Shown piece by piece: positions 8,035 through 16,803 of a stretch of DNA of 32,000 nucleotides; positions within the stretch are counted from its first letter, which is position 1; each line of letters starts with the position of its first letter. The notes below the pieces were generated by a model. It was not told where the DNA came from. It saw only the letters and a list, made by a program, of their open reading frames with translations, and ran no database searches. Origin of the DNA: Planctopirus limnophila DSM 3776 (GTDB lineage: Bacteria > Planctomycetota > Planctomycetia > Planctomycetales > Planctomycetaceae); NCBI RefSeq assembly GCF_000092105.1, contig NC_014148.1, forward strand, positions 3,720,001-3,752,000. Reading direction: 5' to 3'. The translations under genes and the position numbers were made by a program.

Positions 8035-9390
8035 ATGTTCAGCGAACTCCTGCAGCCTGATCTGCGACTGATGCTCATGGAAGACGATCAGTACGGACTG
8101 CATGAGTTTTGCCTGGCACTTTATCCGGCTGTGGCAGCCGAAGTGTTGCACGGGCTGGTGCCGACCGACGTCTGGCGTGTGCTCAAGGCCTGTGATGTGG
8201 AGCGGCAAGCCGAGATTTTTGCGTTTATCGATCCGCCACAGCAATTGGAACTCGTCGATAATGTCGAGCGCGAGCATCTTTCCAAGCTGATTGAAGTGAT
8301 GTCGGCCGATGACCGTGTCGATCTGCTGGGGCGCATGGATGAAGACCATGTCGAGAGTCTTCTCCCTTTGGTTGCCAAGGCGGAACGCGAAGAAATTCGC
8401 AAGATGCTCAGCTATCCGGAGGATTGTGCCGGTGCGATTATGACGACGGAGTATGCGTCGTTACCTGAAGATATTACTGTCCGGGAAGCGCTGGATCGTC
8501 TGCGGCAGCAGGCACCGGATAGTGAGACGATTTACTATATATACATCACGGATTCCAATCGTGCGTTGCATGGTGTGATTACGTTACGACAGCTGATTCT
8601 GGCGAGGCCGGGCCTGCGACTGGCCGATCTGATGCGTCGGGATGTGGTGGCTGTCAAGGTGAGTGATGATGCGGAAGAAGTGGCTCGCCAACTGGCTCTG
8701 TTTGACCTGATTGCCATTCCGGTCGTCGATGAAGAGACCCGGCTGGTGGGCATTATTACCCACGACGATGTGCTCGATCTGGTGCAGGAAGAAGCCAATG
8801 AGGATGCTTATCTTCAATCGGCTATCGAACCACTCGAGAACGACTATCTCGAGACGCCAGTCGTCACGATGGCGAAGAAGCGTGGGGTCTGGCTGTTGCT
8901 GCTGGCTGCTGTGGGGTTTATCACAGCCAAAGTGAATGAAGGTTTTGAAGGGGTGAGCAGTCGACATGACTGGCTGAGCTGGTTTTTGCCCCTGGTGCTG
9001 GCCAGTGGTGGTAATACAGGTTCGCAATCGGCCACTCTCGTGATTCGGGCAATTACCGTGGATCGATCAGCCACCCGACAGAAAATGCGTATTGCCAGTC
9101 ATGAATTAATGACCGGTTTTCTGCTGGCCAGTGCGATGTCGGCCTTCAGTTTTCTGGCAGTGATGTTTCTCTTTGGCCGCAATCTGCAAGAAGCGATGGT
9201 CGTTGCCGGTACCATTGGACTGGTGGTGACGATGGGAACGTTGCTCGGTTCGGCACTCCCGCTGATCTTTGATCGCCTGGGGATGGATCCGGCATTAATG
9301 TCCAACCCGCTGATCTCTTCGTTGAGTGATATTCTGGGTGTCGTCATCTACTTCAGCACTGCAATCCTCATCCTTGAAATGCTGTTGTAA
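8035..9390 (+). CDS. mgtE: Magnesium transporter MgtE (MgtE_N + CBS pair + TM domain)
   Basis: The ATG at 8035 is preceded by AGGAGG. The N-domain, a CBS pair (AGAIMTTEYASLPEDITVREAL...IAIPVVDEETRLVGIITHDDVLD) and a C-terminal multi-TM part with SGGNTGSQSATL are all recognisable as MgtE. Confidence 0.92.
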   Translation: MFSELLQPDLRLMLMEDDQYGLHEFCLALYPAVAAEVLHGLVPTDVWRVLKACDVERQAEIFAFIDPPQQLELVDNVEREHLSKLIEVMSADDRVDLLGRMDEDHVESLLPLVAKAEREEIRKMLSYPEDCAGAIMTTEYASLPEDITVREALDRLRQQAPDSETIYYIYITDSNRALHGVITLRQLILARPGLRLADLMRRDVVAVKVSDDAEEVARQLALFDLIAIPVVDEETRLVGIITHDDVLDLVQEEANEDAYLQSAIEPLENDYLETPVVTMAKKRGVWLLLLAAVGFITAKVNEGFEGVSSRHDWLSWFLPLVLASGGNTGSQSATLVIRAITVDRSATRQKMRIASHELMTGFLLASAMSAFSFLAVMFLFGRNLQEAMVVAGTIGLVVTMGTLLGSALPLIFDRLGMDPALMSNPLISSLSDILGVVIYFSTAILILEMLL

Positions 9391-9416
9391 GCTCCAGGGG
9401 GCGAGGGTTTTTGCTA

Positions 9417-9440
9417 CTTCTCCCGTTCTGACGGGAGAAG
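9417..9440 (+). terminator. Perfect 10-bp hairpin 27 nt after the mgtE stop (weak terminator candidate)
   Basis: CTTCTCCCGT-tctg-ACGGGAGAAG. No clear T-run follows, so this is not a canonical intrinsic terminator. Confidence 0.3.
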
Positions 9441-9680
9441 GTTGGGATAGGGGCGAGCCGTGATGTATTGGGTGGGGCATTAACGAGCTGATTCATCGCA
9501 ACATGCTCTTCATCTCTGGCCAAAGAGCAGACGATTGGCGCTCCGGCGGAAGCGTTGGTGACTGTTGAAGATCGATGGAGAAGACCCTCACCCTGCCCTT
9601 TCCCACGAAGACGTGGGCGAGGGTTCCAGAGGTGGCTTTGAACTGATTGTCTCTCAGGGAATAACATCGCTGTGTTGGTG

Positions 9681-9727
9681 GCGAAAACATGCTTGCTCAG
9701 AGCCGCAAGCATGGCACACAGAGCGCT
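9681..9727 (+). repeat. REP-like element, family A (GCGAAAACATGCTTGCTCAGAGCYGCAAGCATGGCACACAGAGYGCT)
   Basis: Hairpin CATGCTTGC/GCAAGCATG with an 8-nt loop, then GCAC. It is 45/47 identical to the inverted copy at 31019..31065. Confidence 0.8.
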
Positions 9728-10251
9728 TCTATGTTTACAAAATGCATATTTGTTGGGCATGTCCGCGCAACAGAGCGGGATTGGGTAGAGAGGCTTCATC
9801 AGGGTGCACCTTGCAGGTGGGATCTTCCCGCCTGTGATTCCGGACCGAAGCTTCTCCCGTGGCTCGATCAGAGCCCATCCTGTGCGATTGACACCTCAAG
9901 GTGTCAATGGTGGGAGTACTGCTTGTGGGTACTTCCCCTCGAATTCGAGTGCTACGGTCAGTAGGGAACTGAGTCAGTGACGAACAGACTTTGTGATGCA
10001 CTGAACGAAAATAGTCGCGAGCTGCATTCGGAAAAATCGACAGCGAATGAAGCTTGAACATAAGACGATTGAGAAATCGGGCTAGCTGGCAGTCATGACG
10101 GGCGAAGGTGACTTCGTTGGTCGTGGCTGTCCAGGATGGGCTGTGATTGAGGCTGGAATACGGATGACCCCTGACGACTTGTGAGAGTCGTTGGGGGTTG
10201 TTTTTTTTTGGTGGTTGGGAGTTGGTGTTTGGGGGTTGGGGGTTGGAAGAG

Positions 10252-10281
10252 CATGCTTGCCCAGAGCTGCAAGCATGGCAC
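10252..10281 (+). repeat. REP-like element, family A (core copy)
   Basis: CATGCTTGC-ccagagct-GCAAGCATG-GCAC. Same hairpin and tail as the copy at 9688-9717. Confidence 0.7.
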
Positions 10282-10322
10282 GAAATGCAAGGCAAGCTGC
10301 AACGGAGAAGATGCGAGGGTAC

Positions 10323-10358
10323 CACGAAGGTCACGAAGAGCACGAAGGATAAGGAAGA
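10323..10358. repeat. Short 9-nt tandem repeat (CACGAAGRN x3, plus a degenerate fourth unit)
   Basis: CACGAAGGT CACGAAGAG CACGAAGGA TAAGGAAGA, read directly from the sequence. Confidence 0.6.
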
Positions 10359-10423
10359 GAATCAGGGAGGAGGTTTTTGTGGGGTGGGGAGATCGATGAG
10401 GTGTGATGCGGAGGGAATGATGG

Positions 10424-10455
10424 GAGGAGCACTGCTGGCGAGCCAGCAGTGGCAC
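10424..10455. repeat. REP-like palindromic element, family B (second copy)
   Basis: GAGGAGCACTGCTGGCGAGCCAGCAGTGGCAC. It differs at one base from 1307..1338. It is followed by the direct repeat GCACACGGAG at 10452-10461 and 10466-10475. Confidence 0.75.
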
Positions 10456-10826
10456 ACGGAGAAATGCACACGGAGGAGGCTTGTCGTCGTGGCTGCGCCG
10501 ACGACCTAGTTCAGCAAAACCGTGGTGGGAAAGTGGATTCACCGAGCTTTCGTTCAGTCGATCATTCACGTGGTCGTTCACTTCATTTTCTCGATCTGCA
10601 TCACAGATCGGAAACTCGCGCTGTGAGACGAGCTGTTTTTCGGCAGGAGTTGCCAGAAGGCCCGCCGGAGAGTCTGTTTTTTCGGAAAAGTCATCCCCAT
10701 CAGGAGAATTGGTAAGAACCCTCGTCATTCGCCAGCTCGGCACACGCCGATAAAGAGGATGGTCAATAGTCACGAAAATTATTCCGCGCAGTCGCGTGGA
10801 GAGCGGTGGGCCGCAAGGAATTGGCA

Positions 10827-13130
10827 ATGAAGCGCATAGCACGAAAACTGGCGCTGGGAATCACAGGGCTGGCGCTTACCGTCTCCTGGATCGGCTGTGC
10901 TCATCAGGGGATACAATCTCCTCTGGCGAGATGGCGGGGAGAATTGTCGCCGAAGACTCAGACCGTTTCCGCCGCGAAAGCTTCGCACGGTGCCAACGCT
11001 TCCCCATCAAAGTCGAACGCAGGCCTCTTATCTCGCCTCACGAAGCGTCCCACGAAAACTGCCAAACCCAGTGCCAAGCCCGTCAACGATTCCGCACTCT
11101 GGCTGGAGCAGGCGGCTCAGGCTGAAATTGGTGGCCGACTCAAAGAAGCACAAGACCTGTATGCCAAGGTTTGTCAGGCAGAACCCGGTCATGTGCTGGC
11201 CTGGCATCGTCTCGCGGTCGTCACCACTCAACTTGATGATTTTCCGACCGCCTGGAGCCACTATCAGGAAGCACTCAAGCTGGCTCCTGACAATGCGGAT
11301 ATCTGGAGTGATGCCGGCTATTGCCTGTTCCGGCAAGGGAGTTACGAGCAGGCCGAAAAGCATGTGCGCGAAGCGATGAAGCAACATCCCGATGAATCTC
11401 GCTATATCAATAACCTCGCTCTCATTCGCGGGGTGCAAGGCCATGCGGATGAAGCACTTGGTTTGTTCAAAAAATGCCACGACGAAGCGACCTCTCTGGA
11501 GTTTATGGCCCAGATTCATGAGTTGAGGAAAGATCCAGCGGCTGCGAAATCGGCTCGTGATCAGGCCCAGGTGGCTCGTGCGAAAAAGACTTCTCAAACA
11601 TTGGCTGCGACGACAGGTGGGATTCCAGAAGCCGTCTCCCCAGAGGCTTCAGCCAGTAAGAAAGCTCTGGATTTTCCGACTGAACCCAAAGAGGCAGCTA
11701 CCGCGGCAGCTTCTGCTCAGGTGAGCTCAACATCATCACCATTGGCTGATCCCGCAGTGAAAGCCGCTGCCTACCTGGTGGACGAATTACCCCCTTCGCC
11801 TTCGATGGCCAAACCTTTAGCAACTGCAGACAGTGCTCCCTCCTCTAGCCCATCGTTGTCGAATCCACCAGCCGCAGTCGCTCCAGCAGTGGTTCCACTG
11901 GGGCATCGACTGGCGATTGGTAACCAGCCGCGAGCGATGGAAGTTGTGCCTCCTCCTCAAGTGAGTCAGATCGCGACGAGACCTGCTGTTCCCGCGGTAG
12001 CTCAGGGGACGATTTCGATTGTGAAGTCACGCCCGCTATCGACTCCGGTCGAGAGTCTGCTGCCGATTATTCAACCTGCGGTGATGCCCGCTTCAGGCGT
12101 CTTGCAGAGTTCAACTGCACCAATTGTTCAGCCACCTGCACAGCAAATTCCAGCACCGCAGCTTCTGGCAGATCGTATACCGGCAACAGATCCAAAATCG
12201 GTTGCGTCAACTGTGAGCGAGACTCCGGCACCATTGCCAGCGGCCGTCATCACGAGAGCTGCACATACCCAAGCCGGAGATGAGGAGCGTCTTCCTGCTC
12301 GTACAGAACAGCGAATCGTCTCGGAATCCTCGCTGATGACGACAATCGTGTCGCGAGTCAGTCCACAGGATGTGACAATCAATCAGATTCATGCTCCGCG
12401 CACGTTCCCGATGGATGCGGTCGAGGTCGAAACGGAAGATCCTGGGGATGCACCCATTTTTGTCATTCGCGGGCAAAGCCAGGACGCTGCAGCACCTTCG
12501 AATCTTCCCGTGCCAGCCCCAGCGGAAGCATTGCCAGAGCGGTTAGAGACACAGCCAGAATCGACCCAGACTTTTCCTGTCAAAGTGCCCGAGAGCGTGG
12601 AAAAGAGTTCTACCGATGTGAGTGATGTTGCAGCAGAGCTGGCTGCAGGGCCAGCCCCTTTCCCGGAGTCATCCAAGCTTCAGCCACAAGTAAAACAGCA
12701 GATTCGTGCTGTGGATGTCGAGTGGTTTGATTCGCGTCGTCAGCAGATTTTAGGGCGTCAGCAGCAGGATCTGTTCTGTGGCTACTGCCCGGTGGCCTTG
12801 CGGGAGGCACGCGAGCTGGTGGATGGCCGACCGGAGTTTGCCTGCGAAAGCGATGGACAGCGAATTCTGTGCAGCAGTGCCGAGGCGTTAAAGCTCTTCC
12901 AGAGCGATCCTTCGAGATATCTGCCGGTCAAAGCGGGGCAGGATCTGGTACTCTCGAAGGAAAGTTCTTCAGCCGGCAAACCCGATGAATTGCCAACCCC
13001 AACGAGCCCGCCTGCAAGCCGCGGGAACCTGGCTTATGCCAGTTGGTACGAGGGAAAGCTCTATTTCTTTCAGTCAGCCGCCGCGCTGAAAGAGTTTCAC
13101 GAGCATCCTGAAAGCGTCGTTCTCCCGTAA
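10827..13130 (+). CDS. TPR-repeat lipoprotein with a long P/A/S-rich linker and a C-terminal Cys-containing YHS-like module
   Basis: The ATG at 10827 has AAGGAA upstream. The signal/lipobox-like sequence is MKRIARKLALGITGLALTVSWIGC. TPR-like repeats are present (AQDLYAKVCQAEPGHVLAWHRLA..., YQEALKLAPDNADIWSDAGYCLFRQGSYEQAEKHVREAMK). A low-complexity stretch of about 380 aa follows. The tail reads CGYCPVAL...CSSAEALKLFQSDPSRYLP...YEGKLYFFQSAAALKEFHEHPE. Confidence 0.8.
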   Translation: MKRIARKLALGITGLALTVSWIGCAHQGIQSPLARWRGELSPKTQTVSAAKASHGANASPSKSNAGLLSRLTKRPTKTAKPSAKPVNDSALWLEQAAQAEIGGRLKEAQDLYAKVCQAEPGHVLAWHRLAVVTTQLDDFPTAWSHYQEALKLAPDNADIWSDAGYCLFRQGSYEQAEKHVREAMKQHPDESRYINNLALIRGVQGHADEALGLFKKCHDEATSLEFMAQIHELRKDPAAAKSARDQAQVARAKKTSQTLAATTGGIPEAVSPEASASKKALDFPTEPKEAATAAASAQVSSTSSPLADPAVKAAAYLVDELPPSPSMAKPLATADSAPSSSPSLSNPPAAVAPAVVPLGHRLAIGNQPRAMEVVPPPQVSQIATRPAVPAVAQGTISIVKSRPLSTPVESLLPIIQPAVMPASGVLQSSTAPIVQPPAQQIPAPQLLADRIPATDPKSVASTVSETPAPLPAAVITRAAHTQAGDEERLPARTEQRIVSESSLMTTIVSRVSPQDVTINQIHAPRTFPMDAVEVETEDPGDAPIFVIRGQSQDAAAPSNLPVPAPAEALPERLETQPESTQTFPVKVPESVEKSSTDVSDVAAELAAGPAPFPESSKLQPQVKQQIRAVDVEWFDSRRQQILGRQQQDLFCGYCPVALREARELVDGRPEFACESDGQRILCSSAEALKLFQSDPSRYLPVKAGQDLVLSKESSSAGKPDELPTPTSPPASRGNLAYASWYEGKLYFFQSAAALKEFHEHPESVVLP

Positions 13131-13248
13131 GCCATTGAGTGGGAAGAATCTTACCTGGGGAGTGTGGGTACCTTCTCGCACACGTCGCAGCTAAACTGTC
13201 GGATCTGTAGACAGTGATTTCCTGCTCAATGTGTTGCGAAAGCCCCGG

Positions 13249-14451
13249 ATGTCGAAAGTTCCTGATTCGCTGAAACCCTTTCTCAAAGAAGTTTCCGCCA
13301 GCCTGCGGGAAAAAACGTATCAGAAGTTGATCCTGAGCAGGCCGCTTTCGAACAATGAGCAGGTCCCTACCAAGGTGACTGTTCGGCCCGTGCTGATTCA
13401 GGAGGAGATTCACTATCAATGGGTCGAACGTGTGGGCCCGCGTGAACTGCACCAGAATCTCTCGGCAGATCAACTGATTCAACGAGTCCCTTCGATTCTG
13501 GGAACGCTTCTGGGTGATGCCCGCCTGTTTACCAGCGAAGCAGAAATCTGTGCCCGCTATAAAGGACGTGGCCATTTTCAGATGCATCGGGCCAAGAGCC
13601 AGTCGCTGGGCAGTGAGCCTGAGGCTCATAACCGCGAGAAGAACTATATCATTCCGCCGAATGAGCCCTGCCCTTTTCTCGCAAAAGCGGGGATCATGTC
13701 AGCTGATGGGCGAGTGAAGGCGCCAATGTATCATAAGTTCCGGCAGATCAACCGCTATCTGGAATTGATCCGCGATCTGAAAGGAACGTTGCAGAAACCT
13801 GGTTCATTGCGAGTGGTCGATTATGGCTGTGGCAAAAGCTATCTGACGTTCGCTCTGCACCATTACTTGACCGTTGTGGAACAGCGAAGTGTCGAGATGA
13901 CAGGGCTGGATCAGCGGCCCGATGTCATCGCCACCTGCACGGCCATCGCCGATGAATTGCAGTTGACCGGGCTTGATTTTCGTGTCGGTCAGATTGTCGA
14001 TCTACCGATTGAAGGAAAGATTGATCTGGCGGTTTCGCTCCATGCCTGTGATACAGCGACTGATGAAGCCTTGGCGGCAGCAGTGTTGAGAGAGGCTCAG
14101 GTGATTGTCGCTGTGCCGTGCTGCCAGCATGAACTCAGACCCCAAATCCGTGGGGAATCCCTTTCGGGCCTGTGGAAGCACGGCATTTTAGCAGAGCGGT
14201 TTGCTGCCGATGTGACGGATGCCCTGCGCGCGCTATGGCTCGAACAGCAGGGCTATCAGGTGCAGGTGATCGAGTTTATCGAGCTGGAGCATACGCCGAA
14301 GAACCTGGCGATTCGAGCGGTGCGTGTGGCGAAGCCAAGCCGGGAATCAATCCGGCTGGCGAAAGAGAGATCTCAGGCACTAAAAGAGCTTTGCGGCATT
14401 ACGACAACCTGGCTTGATCGCTGGGATGAGCAGCAAGTGTCCGCCAAGTAG
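13249..14451 (+). CDS. Class I SAM-dependent methyltransferase (Methyltransf_32-like)
   Basis: Motif I is VVDYGCGKSYLTFALHHYL. DLAVSLHACDTATDEAL and VIVAVPCCQHE fit the PF13679-type pattern as I remember it. ATG 13249 is preferred over the upstream GTG 13231. Confidence 0.85.
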   Translation: MSKVPDSLKPFLKEVSASLREKTYQKLILSRPLSNNEQVPTKVTVRPVLIQEEIHYQWVERVGPRELHQNLSADQLIQRVPSILGTLLGDARLFTSEAEICARYKGRGHFQMHRAKSQSLGSEPEAHNREKNYIIPPNEPCPFLAKAGIMSADGRVKAPMYHKFRQINRYLELIRDLKGTLQKPGSLRVVDYGCGKSYLTFALHHYLTVVEQRSVEMTGLDQRPDVIATCTAIADELQLTGLDFRVGQIVDLPIEGKIDLAVSLHACDTATDEALAAAVLREAQVIVAVPCCQHELRPQIRGESLSGLWKHGILAERFAADVTDALRALWLEQQGYQVQVIEFIELEHTPKNLAIRAVRVAKPSRESIRLAKERSQALKELCGITTTWLDRWDEQQVSAK

Positions 14452-14551
14452 GGTGCATGCCAATGCACCCATTGAGCCTCAATATCTATGTAAATAAATG
14501 CTGGTGCATTCCGAAGACTCCATGCACCCTACTTGTCTTCATGCACCCTAC
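14446..14551. repeat. Cluster of ATGCACC/GGTGCAT motifs forming a MITE-like inverted-repeat structure
   Basis: A 14-nt perfect inverted repeat AAGTAGGGTGCATG (14446-14459) / CATGCACCCTACTT (14521-14534). An internal hairpin GGGTGCAT-gcca-ATGCACCC at 14451-14470. A direct repeat CATGCACCCTAC at 14521 and 14540. Confidence 0.7.
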
Positions 14552-14632
14552 ATGTCAATAGGAAGTAGAATAGTCGGCAGGCGGAAGCCTGGCCTACGAA
14601 TGCCACCAATACGATATGCACCTTGAAATTCG

Positions 14633-15241
14633 CTAGAAGCCGGTGATCTGGCGGTCGTGGAGGTGTTCCTTCAGGACGGCGGTTTGGGTGAAGATTTCGG
14701 CATCGAGGCCGAACTCGCGGCCTTTTTCAACGTAGGAAGCAATGTCGTCCGTGTAAAAGCACTCTGCAGGGTCGCAATGAATGGCCTCGAGAGCCGCTTC
14801 ATAGATCCTGGCTTCGGGTTTGATGGCACCCACTTCGCAGGAAAGGACTCGCTCGTCGAACTCATTGAGGACATCAAAGTGTTTTTCGACGTAACGGACG
14901 TGCGAAACGCTGGTGTTCGAGAGGAGAACCAACCGCAGGCCATTGGCTTTGAGGCGCGCGAGGATCGGCAGCATGCTGGTGTTCTCGATAAAGATATCAG
15001 CCGTCGCGCGATCGAGTGCAGCCAATGAAATATTGCGGCCCGAAAGTTCACTCAATGCGTCTCGCATTTGTTCGCAGGTGAGGAGGCCGCGCTCGTAATT
15101 CCACTGCAATCCCGAATCCATGAGTTGTCGGCGGCATTCGTCCCGATTCCAGCCGCAGAGGGCACCGATCTGCCGGCACATCCGTTCGTGCGAGAAGAAG
15201 ACGAGTACGTTCCCCATGTCGAACAGGCAGGTTCTGATCAA
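14633..15241 (-). CDS. HAD-superfamily phosphatase (subfamily IA, YihX-like)
   Basis: Motif I is CLFDMGNVLV (a DxG variant, as in YihX). Other motifs are LLSNTS, KPEARIY and the motif IV region FYTDDIASYV. The start must lie upstream of the Asp. The TTG at 15239-15241 has GAGGAAGGAA upstream. Confidence 0.87.
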   Translation of the reverse strand: MIRTCLFDMGNVLVFFSHERMCRQIGALCGWNRDECRRQLMDSGLQWNYERGLLTCEQMRDALSELSGRNISLAALDRATADIFIENTSMLPILARLKANGLRLVLLSNTSVSHVRYVEKHFDVLNEFDERVLSCEVGAIKPEARIYEAALEAIHCDPAECFYTDDIASYVEKGREFGLDAEIFTQTAVLKEHLHDRQITGF

Positions 15242-15377
15242 AAGAGGTTCCTTCCTCTGAAGTGTGTCTGGTGTGGCTACTCTACGCGTTTGAGGCAGTA
15301 TCGGGAAAACGTGGAGTCATGAACAGGTCAGGACTGGCGATTTAGAGTGTTGCCAACATGCTGCGGAGAATCGCGAG

Positions 15378-16559
15378 CTAAACCAGGCCATCGACCGGTG
15401 CACTGGAGCCCCAGGGGAGAGTTTGTTCGGTTGTTGGTTGAGGCTTCCAGGAATTTTTGAGCAGCAGGAAAGGTCTTTCAATCAGCCAATGGCAGGCAAC
15501 GGCTGCCAGCGCGAGACATGCCAGATTAACGGGAAAATGGAGCCAGCTTTGATTTGTCTCTGCGCGAAGAAACAGGCGATGCCACAGATAAAGGCTGTAA
15601 CTTAAAATACCAATCGTCACAAGAAAACGGCTTTGCAGCACTCGAATCCACAGGCTGGGAATTTCCTGCGATGGATCCATCAAATGCCCACGGGACAGGG
15701 ATGATGACCGCTGAAGAGCGAGGAGAATCAGGGCGGCCCAGGCAAAGGCTGTCAGGCTGTAACCAATGGTCAGCCCGAGTTTGTTGGACAGATTCAAACC
15801 GAGTGAGAGGATCAGCAGGGTGATCGTCGCAGGCAGGGCCCATGGGGATCCGGCAAAGTTCATGAGCCGGGTGCGTGTTGCCTCATGCCGCAGGCCAAGT
15901 GCCAGCCAGCAGCCGGCGGCAATCGTATCCCAGCGGAAAATCGTCCAGACTTCCAGAATGGATGCCTCTCGCGGTTGGATGGCCAGGACCACTCCTCGTA
16001 GCAGAAGTGTTCCTGCGATCAAAGCCACCAGCAGCTTTCGAAGTTGCGATTCGGAGAGGAGCACGACCATGAGTGGCCAGAGGAGATAAAAATGTTCTTC
16101 AATCGAAAGCGACCACAAATGCCCGGCATCCCAACTGCTTTCGGGGATGAAATTGACTGTGTAGGTGGCCGCTGATAGCCAGTCGATATGTCGCATTTCC
16201 ACATCGCTGTGACCATCGAGTAGCCAGAGAGCCGTTAACAGCGCGAGGAAAGCGGGAACAATGCGGAGTGCACGCCGCCAGTAGAATGCCCCCAGAGAAA
16301 TCTGGCGGTTGCGATCTTTTTCCGCCAGCAGCAGCGTGGTAATGAGGTAACCACTGACGACAAAAAAGAGATCAACAGAGGCCGATCCCACGATATGTCC
16401 CCAGCGAAGATGAAATTCACTGGGGAAGCCAGGTGTCAATTGGGCTTTGGAGAAGAGCACACCCAGTATCGCCACGCCGCGCAATCCATCGAGTGCGGGA
16501 AGTCGTGCAGCGGATATTTCTAATGGTGTGGGCATGCTCCTTGTGAATGCAATCTCCAT
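15378..16559 (-). CDS. Acyltransferase family 3 (OafA/YrhL-like) integral membrane protein
   Basis: The N-terminal LPALDGLRGVAILGVLF and about 10 hydrophobic segments are typical of PF01757. The first ATG is at 16559. Alternative starts are TTG 16571 and ATG 16535. Confidence 0.85.
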   Translation of the reverse strand: MEIAFTRSMPTPLEISAARLPALDGLRGVAILGVLFSKAQLTPGFPSEFHLRWGHIVGSASVDLFFVVSGYLITTLLLAEKDRNRQISLGAFYWRRALRIVPAFLALLTALWLLDGHSDVEMRHIDWLSAATYTVNFIPESSWDAGHLWSLSIEEHFYLLWPLMVVLLSESQLRKLLVALIAGTLLLRGVVLAIQPREASILEVWTIFRWDTIAAGCWLALGLRHEATRTRLMNFAGSPWALPATITLLILSLGLNLSNKLGLTIGYSLTAFAWAALILLALQRSSSLSRGHLMDPSQEIPSLWIRVLQSRFLVTIGILSYSLYLWHRLFLRAETNQSWLHFPVNLACLALAAVACHWLIERPFLLLKNSWKPQPTTEQTLPWGSSAPVDGLV

Positions 16560-16803
16560 ACCAAAGTGCAATTTGACGATTTTCTGGCATGAAGCTGAAG
16601 ATCGGTCTCAAATGAGGATCGAAGGCGTGATGACAAAATTGCGAATCGACAGCACCAAGTTTTCTCAAAGCTCGATATGATCTCTGCGGCGGTGAAGTCT
16701 CCAGTCTTTACCCGGCATAACAGTCCAGTTGAAATCCGTTGAATTCGGGGAGAGTGACTGGCGTGTTGTGTTTGGGCAACGTGGGGATTTCGAGATGTCC
16801 GGT

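Noticed and set aside
10193-10242. G-quadruplex from the G5/G3/G5/G5 runs
   Set aside because: The loops would be 19 and 11 nt long, so a stable intramolecular G4 is doubtful. The tract is recorded only as part of the long noncoding region.
9368-10842. ORFs 9368..9799, 9735..10343 and 10093..10842 (minus) and several plus-strand ORFs in the mgtE-TPR gap
   Set aside because: All read straight through REP hairpins, the G/T tract and tandem repeats. They overlap one another or the neighbouring gene starts, and they encode low-complexity P/S/R/H-rich strings.
12928-13629. 233-aa minus-strand ORF
   Set aside because: It overlaps the 3' end of the TPR gene and the 5' part of the methyltransferase gene on the opposite strand, and has no motifs.
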